The notes under the pieces: generated by a model | What the model was told of the DNA's origin: nothing | Databases searched by the model: none | What the model saw: the letters and a program-made list of their open reading frames with translations, nothing else | Part shown: one piece after another, positions 36,110 to 64,000 of the stretch | How the letters are laid out: each line of letters starts with the position of its first letter | Numbering within the stretch: position 1 is the first letter of the stretch | Made by a program: the position numbers and the translations under genes | Source of the DNA: the human T2T-CHM13v2.0 reference genome, Homo sapiens | Assembly (NCBI RefSeq): GCF_009914755.1 | Contig: NC_060939.1 | Strand: one strand, 5' to 3' | DNA length: 64,000 nt

Positions 36110-36734
36110 TAAATTTATTCCAGTGTTTGATAACAGTTACTGTTAGTGTTATGTTTAATCTAAATTTACCTTGCTGATTATTAAATGATTTTATTTTGTT
36201 TGGCTCTTAATGAAGAGAGAGAAGAACTAGTCGAATAGTTTCACTCTATAATCTTTCATATCTTTGAAGACAGCTATTAAGTCAATTACTAAGGTCAGAC
36301 TCTGTTGCTTCAGATTAAATGTTTCTAGGTCATAATGATTATATGTAATACAGTTTATTACTCAAACAATTTAGGCATTTGGATTGCTCCTCAGACTCCC
36401 CTTTTTACTGCTGTAGTTTTCTTTGAAATGAGACCAATAAAAGGCCAATATTGTCTATTTTTAGAATTGGTAGATTTACTGCTATTTATTGAGCAATCAC
36501 AGGGACCACACAGTTTAGTTCAGAAAGCTTCAGATCATTTAGGGCTTGGGTTTCCCTCACTACGCAATGTTCATATCTTTCACATGTAATGACTGAATAT
36601 ATGAATACTAATAGATATATGGCTAGATTAAGGAAAACTTTTGCTTCCTGTGATGGAGATTATATCTGAATTATGCTTCCTAAAATTAAACCTCATTTCT
36701 TTTTTTTCCATTGTCAGATTTGTATGTATGTATT

Positions 36735-41380
<4,646 letters not shown>

Positions 41381-41400
41381 AGTGCAGAGAACTTCCTTTT

Positions 41401-46551
<5,151 letters not shown>

Positions 46552-48490
46552 TTTTTTTTCTTTTTTTGAGACAGGGTCTGTCTGTCACCTAGGCTGGTAT
46601 AGTGCAGTGGCTCTATTACAGCTCACTGCAGCCTCAACCTCCTGGGCTCAGGTGATTCTTCCATCTCAGCCTCCTGAGTAGCTGGAACTACAGGTGCATG
46701 CCACCACATCCAGCTAATTTTTTGTAGAGACAAGGTTTTGCCATGTTGCCCAGGTTGGTCTTGAACTTCTGGGCTCAAGTGATCCTCCTGCCTCAGCTTC
46801 TCAAAGTGGTAGGATTACAGACATGAGTCACCACACTTGGCTGAGAACATACTTTGTATATTTTTAACCTCTTTACATTTTTTGAGACTTGTTTGGTGGC
46901 CTTCTGTATTCTTACTGATTTTCTTTCTTGTTCTATTAGTTATTGAAATATCCAACTCTTATTGCTGAATTGTCTGTTTCTTCTTCCAGTTTTGTCAGTT
47001 TTTGCTTCCTGTATTTGGGCACTGTTGTTAGGCTCATATACATTTATAATTGCATATATCTACCTGATGCATTGACCCTTTTGCCATAGAAAGTCTCTCT
47101 GTGTCTCTTGTAATGTTTCTTCTCTTAAAGTCTGTTTTGTCTGGTATCAGTACAGGTATTCCATCTCCTTTGTGACTACTGTTTGCATAATTCATGTTCT
47201 TTTTTTTCTGGAGAGACAAAACCTCTGTTACCCAGGCTGGAGTGCAGTGGTGCAATCATAACTCACTGCAGCGTCAAACTCCTGGGCTCAAGTGATCCTC
47301 CCACTTCAGCCTCTAAGTAGCTGGGACTACAGACACATGCTACCATGCCCTGCTAATTTTTCTTATTTTTTTTTTTTTGTAGAGATGAGGTCTTGCTTTG
47401 TTGCCCAGCCTCTGCCTCTGCCTCCCAAAGTGCTGGGATTATAGGTATGAGCCACTGTACCTGGTCTCCTTTTTTTGATAATTCTCACCAAGCTTGTGCC
47501 TCTTGGCTCTGGCCTACATACATAGTTATCAAATTTCACTGTTCTTTGAGATTCTCACATGTTTACTAAGGACAAGGATTCACTCAGAATTATATCCTAA
47601 TTGAAGTGCATTTGTCTTCAGGGTTCTAAGAGTTCTAGTGGATACTTCTTATGATGGTTAAAGAAAATGACTGTGTGTTTGTTAGTAAGACAGTGCAATG
47701 GGTCTGTGTTGCTTTGGTGCCTTATGGTATCCATTCCAGATTTCTTTTGGTCACAGCAATTTGATTTCTTTTTGGATTTACCTTTCTTTCATTGAATACA
47801 AACTGGGATGGCTAATAATCAGGTTGCCTTATCCCCTTTTTAGCTAAAGGGGGTTGGGGCCCATAACTCAGGCTAGAGCACTGAGACCCTCCCTTCCTGG
47901 AATTTAAAACCTGAGCAGGCTGGGCTGGGCGCGGTGGCTCATACCTGTAATCCCAGTGCTTTGGGAGGCCGAGGTGGGAGGAATCGTTGAACCTCGGAGG
48001 TTGCTGCAGTGAGCCGTAGTCATGCCGGGGTACTCCAGCATGGGTAACAGAGGGAGATGCTACATTCAAAACTAAAACCAAACCAAACCAAACCAAAACA
48101 TAACGAAAACCTGAGCAGGCTAATTCAAAGACTGGAAATGGCCATAGTACCTTCCTTGCAGCCACTTTGCCTGCGGGATACTGGCTAGTAGTTCCTGCTG
48201 CTTGGACCTCAGGAAATACTCTTTGTGTCTTCTTCTCAACCTGCATAACCCAGCTTCCCTGTTGATTATGTGTTCCTTTCCCCATTCCTTTTTTTTTTTT
48301 TAAATGTTTTCTGGAGACGGGGTCTGGCTGTGCAGTGGTATGATCATAGCTCACTGTAGCCTCTAACTCCTGGGTTCAGGTGATCCTCCCACCTCAGCCT
48401 CCTGAGGAGCTGAGACTACAGGCACAGGCCACCATGCCCAGCTAATTATTTTATTTTTTGTAGAGACAGGAGTCTTGGTATGTTGTCCAA
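46552..48490. mobile_element. AluJ - (46552-46842), L1M fragment, AluJ - (47200-47465), monomer-length Alu + (47920-48105), partial AluJ - (48290-48490)
   Basis: Alu sequence; the 47920 element is flanked by TSD aaaacctgagcaggct. Confidence 0.8.
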
Positions 48491-48886
48491 TCATTTCCAT
48501 TAACCCCCTTAAGTTAGTCAGGTCCAATTACCTGCAACTAAAGAAGTGCAATGACCTCAGAGGAACGTAGAAAGTTTACAAAATTGCTGTAAATAATATA
48601 CTTGTCTTTGGATGCTGGTATCTATATTAAGAATGATCTTTTCAGTTTTATTTTTGGGTGCTGAGTCAGTTTTATCCCAGACGCTAAAAACTAAGCAACC
48701 CTAAGTTGACAACTGTACAAAATCGAAGAACCCCAACTCGAACATTTCAATTTTGAAAGGGATTTCAGATTTATCAAGAGACTGATAGCTCTGCTGCACC
48801 TAAATCTAACGACAGGTAAAATCCAAGTGATGGGGATCAATAAGAATTCTCAGGTTCCCATCCCCTCAACCACTGGCAAAGAAGTA

Positions 48887-49234
48887 CAGTAGGCCCCTTT
48901 ATCTGTGGCTTCACTCTCCGCAATTTCAGTTATCTGTGGCCAACCATGATCTGGAAATATTAAATGGAAAAATCCATAAATAAGCAATTGATAAGTTTTA
49001 AATTGTGTGCCATTCTGAGTAGCATGATGAAATCTTTCACCACCCGGCCTGGGTGGGACGTGAATCACTACTTTGTCCACACTGTATATGCTACCTGCCC
49101 GTTAGTCACTTAGTAGATGTCTTGATTATCAGATCAAAAAAACATAGTATATGTAGGGTTTGGTACTATCTGCAGTGTCAGGCATCCACAGGAAGTCTTG
49201 GAACGTGTCCCCTGCAGATAAGAGGGTGCCAGGG
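48887..49234. mobile_element. MER44A-like Tigger MITE
   Basis: ta-cagtaggcccctttatc...caggcatccacaggaagtcttggaacgtgtcccctgcagataag; clearly homologous to 32831-33296. Confidence 0.8.
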
Positions 49235-49564
49235 TATGTTACAAAAAATACAAACTTTTCCCATGTTTCACATTAGAAAATACTGTTACTTCCCCATTCT
49301 TAGAATACCCAGCACTTTCCTGTGGGAACTCAGCTCTGTTCCCTTTGCTTACGGGGGTGGGGGAAGACTAGAGATGGGAGTCAGTCTATTCTGACATTAC
49401 CGTCCCCTCCAGGTAAAAGCACAGTATAACTATACCCTTAAGAAATCCTGGTCTTAATTTTTTCTGTCAACGTAAGAGGTGATAGTGTTTTAGCTGCAAC
49501 TGTCAGATCCAGGGAATAATTTTCTATTTGGTAGCTGCCACGTACTACTCCAGTGGCCAGAACC

Positions 49565-51174
<1,610 letters not shown>

Positions 51175-51633
51175 AAACATGTTTCTTTAAGATGATTTTT
51201 GAAAAATTTACAATGCAGTGAGAAAGTAATTTCAATTTTGCTGTTTTCCCAACGTCCGAAACACATTTTATGTAATGGTTATTCTTGCCTTAACCAGACA
51301 GCACTCTTTTATATTTACATGTATTTTTGGAGTGTGCAATTTTGCAAGTGATGATTTCCGTGATAGACAGGGAAAACTGAGTAAAATCTAAATTTGGCAA
51401 AAAATTTAGTTTGTATTTGAGTGTTTACTTTTTTTGTAACTGGTAGTAACTATATATAATGACAAAGTAACAACAAGGAAGTTTAAAAATTTAAGACTCC
51501 AATGTGAAACACTAATTATATTGATTTATATGTATTATGAACTTAAGCATGTCTACCTAAACATGTTAGGATGCTTGATGACAGATCAGAATTGCTGTCT
51601 TATAGCCAAACTTCATTAAAATGAAATCATGAT

Positions 51634-52158
51634 TGTCTTAGTTTAGGCTGCTATGACAAATTACCATAGACTGGGTAGCTTAAACAACAGAAATTTCTTT
51701 TTCATGATTCTGGAGACTGGGAAGTCCAAGATCAAAATGCTGGCAGATCCAGTGTCTGGTGAGACCCTGCTGCCTGAATTGTAGATGGTCGTCTTTTCGT
51801 ATCCTTGCATGGCAGAAAGTAGAGAGCAGAAGCAAGACCTTCTTTTAAGGTACTAATCCCATTCGTGAAGATTCTACCCTCATGACCTAATCACCTCTTA
51901 TAGGCCCCACCTCCTAATACCATCACATCAAGGGTTAGGAGTTTAACCTACAATTTTTTTTTTTTTTTTAGACTGGGTCTTGCTCTGTCATTCAGGCTGG
52001 AATGCAGTGGTATGATCATGGCTCACTGCAGCCTCAACCTCCTGGGCTCAAGTAATCCTCCTGCCTTGGTCTTCCGAAGTGCTGGGATTACAGGCATGAG
52101 CCACCACGCTTGGTCAACATATGAATTTTTGGAGGACACAAACATTCAGTCCGTAACA
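51634..52158. mobile_element. MLT1A-type MaLR solo LTR with Alu monomer insertion (about 51955-52115)
   Basis: TG...CA ends with perfect 5-bp TSD atgat. Confidence 0.85.
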
Positions 52159-52222
52159 ATGATGTAGAGTAAATTTAAAAAGTACTAAAAGGAAGTCTTC
52201 ATTTATAAGTAATATAAAAATT

Positions 52223-52900
<678 letters not shown>

Positions 52901-54719
52901 TCATACTTGTAGTATCAGTTTTAAAACAGAGGTGTGAAGATATTTAAATTGTATTTCAATGATGTAAAAGGTGTATTTTTTATTTATAGCTTCTTGAAGA
53001 ATATCTTCTGTAAATTGCCTGAGTTTTTATTATTATTATTATTGCTGGTTTATAGCTGTTTTTCAGTTCACGCAGTAAAATTTTACTGGGTTATTTGATT
53101 TTTGAGAATCATCCCTGCAGGTGATTTTATATTACAAAAGTAAAGCTGAAGCCATTCTTAAGATGTGAAACTTACTGCTAGACCCTGATAGAACTAGTCA
53201 AATCGAGATATATTAACACTGTATCTTGGCAAATTTGCCTAGATAAGTCTTTATGATTTTCTGTCATGTGACTCTGAACAGTTATACACTGGAAAAAAAG
53301 TAAAATATGTTTTCAAACCATTACCCTATGTGATCCTCAAGAGCTAGAACAGAGTCTTAATATTTCTATTTTCAACACCTACCAATGTCTAAGACATAGT
53401 AGGAGCTCAATAAATGTTTCATAATCAAGAGCTCTGGGTCTCCTTGCCCCTTCCAGAACCCTATAATTATTGCTTATATTCTTTCAGCAGATACCAGTGT
53501 CAAAACAGATGACTCTTGTATACTAATACACAGTAAGTGCTTGATAAATGTTGAATGGAAGAATTTATTGTTTTAATACATCTCCATCCACAGTGTCTGT
53601 TAGCGGTTTGCCTTGTGATATGGAGAAGCTTATCAATTATTTATTCCTCAGAAACTTTCCACCAATGATCATCATCATTATAAATTTAGAGGAAGTAATA
53701 TAGTCAACTATGAATTATACATGTCTGGGTTATCCATACTGTCTTTGGTTTAAGCCGTTATCGGTCCCTGGAAGCCGAGCCCTGGTGAGCAGTCCGTGGT
53801 CCTTTTATTGGTGGTAAGCTTTCCTTTCCATGCCAGTTTGATGGCTGGGGGTAGTAGTTTGGACCCCCATGTCTTTTTATGGCTTTAGCTGTGTCTCTGG
53901 CCTTTGGGAACCATGCAGTGGGGTCTGCCACCTGGCTGGTTAGAATCTGCGGACCTACTTTAGTTCCCATGTGCTCAACTTCATGATGTCCTTCTGGCTT
54001 GGAATGTTGGCTTTAACCTAGTTGGGTTATGGGAAACTGTATCAAGCCCTCATCTAATTGAATATATCATACGTAGTTTGCTAGTTTAATAATTTGCAAA
54101 AGGACTACTGGAGTTTTTGAACTTGAGCGATGAGTGCAGCATTGGGCTTTACTAACATGGGAAAGCAGGGGCGTAGACAGTGATGTTAACATGTAGTCGG
54201 ACTAACATACAGGACCTTGGTTCAGTGTGCTTCCAGTACTGCCAATGAGGAAAGAGTTTTGGCTACTGGACTTCATGCATTTTACTGAAAAAGGGAATTT
54301 CAGCCTGCAGCTCTGTGATCTGGTTCTATTGAAACAGGTATATCAGCGGAGGGGTTTTGGTGATTATCATCCAAATTCATTTTGTTTTCATTCTACCCAC
54401 TAGATGTGGCGTGTTGTATGCCTTGACTTCGGGGGAGAAGACAGTAAATTGAATGGAATTCGAATATTTATTCAGTTCTGTTGACAGGTTTTTCAATGTA
54501 AATGAATAAATTAGTGTTCTGGTGTCTGCTCTGTCTCCAGTACATTTTAGCTTGTCTGAGTCCTCTTTGAGGACCTGATCATGTCTGGGAACCAGAGATT
54601 GATAACAGCTCAAATCAAAGGGATTGATAACAGCTTAAACCAAAGACAGGATGGACAGCTAGAGATAGTCTCTAAGCCTTCAACTCAGAAGACCAGATCC
54701 TAGAACATGGAGCTAAATT

Positions 54720-55850
<1,131 letters not shown>

Positions 55851-56719
55851 AGACTTCTATCAAATGGTGGAAATGCCAAGAAGGCAATTTGATATATGAG
55901 GCTGGAACTGTGGTAAAAAGCCCTGTAGGGGAATACTACCTTATAATTCGCTGCTCTGCTGTAGTTGGGCCTTTCTCTAGGTGATTTGAAATTATACTTC
56001 CTCATTTCCAAACCCTTCCCAATCTAGGAAGAGTTGGAGAAGGAGGAACATGGAGAGCTGTTTCTTTCCTGGTTCCTGGCAACGCTGGCCTGTCTGGGGG
56101 GCTTAGATGTCCCAGGGGATTGGTTGTCATCACCTTTGCATAAACTGCATTATACAGCACATTGAGGCTCCCACAGAAGTCCCTATTCCAAGCCGTTTTG
56201 GGAAGGGAGGTTTTTTAAAGATAGGCCGTATCTTTGAAAAAATAAATGAGGACTTGGGACATCACTTTTTCAAGGTGGCTAGCTTCTGCTCCGTGCTTGT
56301 GTGAAGCATGTTTATTGTGTGCACCTGGACAATGCACTTTCCACCCTTTAGTTTTTCTTGCTGCAAGAAAAGCAAGAAAGCTCCCTGAGGGTATGCCTGA
56401 TGCTCAGCACACAGTAGGTGTGCAAAAACAAGTTTCTTGAATTGAATTGAAAATAATGGAGAAGCAATGCCATATATAACGATATAATCTTTTTAAAAAT
56501 AAATGCATCATGATGATATATTGTTCCAAAATGACAAATTCAGGAACATTATTGACTTTACAAAGGAATTACTTTTCTAAGTTTTCATTCTAGAATGTAT
56601 TTAAGTAATAAGCCGTCTAACACCTTCTGTTTTCATATTACTTTCTAGTAACATGAATACTTTGTTAATGTCAGGTAGGATTCTTTCCTGTATTCTTCAA
56701 AGCACTTCTTTCTTAAATT

Positions 56720-59062
<2,343 letters not shown>

Positions 59063-60009
59063 GTGAAATTTTCCTTTTTACTGTCAGTGCCTCAAGCAGG
59101 TTTCCACTGAGGGAAACACAGAATATTTACATTCCTAATTTCTTTTTTTTTACTAAGAAGTTTGAAAATCCTGAAAAAAATACACAAGTATTTTCTTTAT
59201 GTATGTTATACTTCAAAAAAGAAAAGAAAATAGAGTTAAGAAGAGGGAGCACAAAAACAAATTATGTAAGCATAATTACATCTCTACTTGGGCTTTCCTA
59301 TTCATTTCCAAATGGGCCTGCAAATTGTCAGTACATCAGAAACCATCAAAATTTCTAGAAATAAGTAGTAACAAGCAGATACCCAGGAATGTAATCTCAA
59401 GAAACCCTTGGATTGGTGCAGAAGGCAAGAGAAGATGGTGGTTTAGTGTGCCTGTCTCTAGTCTGTTCCCAATCCAGGTGCTACCTTCCTGAACAGTTGG
59501 GATAGGCAGGCAGGAAAGCCTGGGGAGCCAGCAGGATCCCATGGTTAGGAGTCTCAGGAGGAGGGTCCAGGCTCACTGCTTCGCACCCTATAACTAAGCC
59601 AGTCTCCTGCCCCATGGAGGGGTGGACAGGTTGTAGGGGCGGGCTCGTTCCCCACTGCCTCTCAGCTGGGAGAGCTGAGGGAATAGGATGTAAAGAGGCA
59701 TCCTCCTGGTACCTCACCTGGAGACAGGCCCTGTGCTTCCCACTGGCTGCACCACCCGTCCACAAGCCCCTTCCACTACTCTCAAGACTACCTACTTAAG
59801 GCACTCCAGTGAGTAGAGAGAGCAAAGTCACATAGCATCTAATGGGGCCCTGCAGCCACAAGGAGGAAGAATAAGTACTGCCCTTAAAACAGGTGCAGAT
59901 GAAATAGAAAACAGGTAGGCCTTGAATAAAAAATAATTCCTACATTTAAGGAGATCCAAGTGTCACATAAAATTTCTTCTTGAACTTAAATTTCTAAAAG
60001 TCAGTAGAT

Positions 60010-64000
<3,991 letters not shown>

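Noticed and set aside
53758-53970. 70-aa minus-strand ORF in non-repeat sequence, possible pseudogene
   Set aside because: No recognisable homology, poly(A) or TSD; length expected by chance.

Overview
Primate (almost certainly human) genomic DNA, not microbial. The window holds the 5' part of FAM81A on the + strand: a CpG-island promoter, a non-coding exon 1 (ends 14012), exon 2 (34279-34375, start codon 34356) and exon 3 (35662-35935). Spliced, these read [42 protein letters not shown]...NRDIE. Intron 3 runs off the end of the window. The rest is repeat-dense flank and intron: about 45 Alu/FLAM copies, a near-full-length antisense L1PA, a sense L1M-type element, older L1M/L2/MIR pieces, MaLR solo LTRs and hAT/Tigger MITEs. 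Almost all ORFs in the supplied track are Alu/L1 artefacts. The most interesting signal is the FAM81A leader. Exon 2 has two nearly identical donors 29 nt apart; the choice turns the strong-Kozak AUG at 34300 from an inhibitory overlapping uORF into an in-frame alternative N-terminus (MAQRSTVFPSRVTKER-RVRTM...). It is preceded by a spliced 15-aa uORF and an AUG-UGA start-stop. Also notable: a candidate exon 2-3 circRNA with a closed ORF, an old templated duplication inserted into a MIR, and an L1 with a SpIRE-like 5' deletion. Gene and repeat names come from recall, not from a database search; repeat boundaries are approximate.
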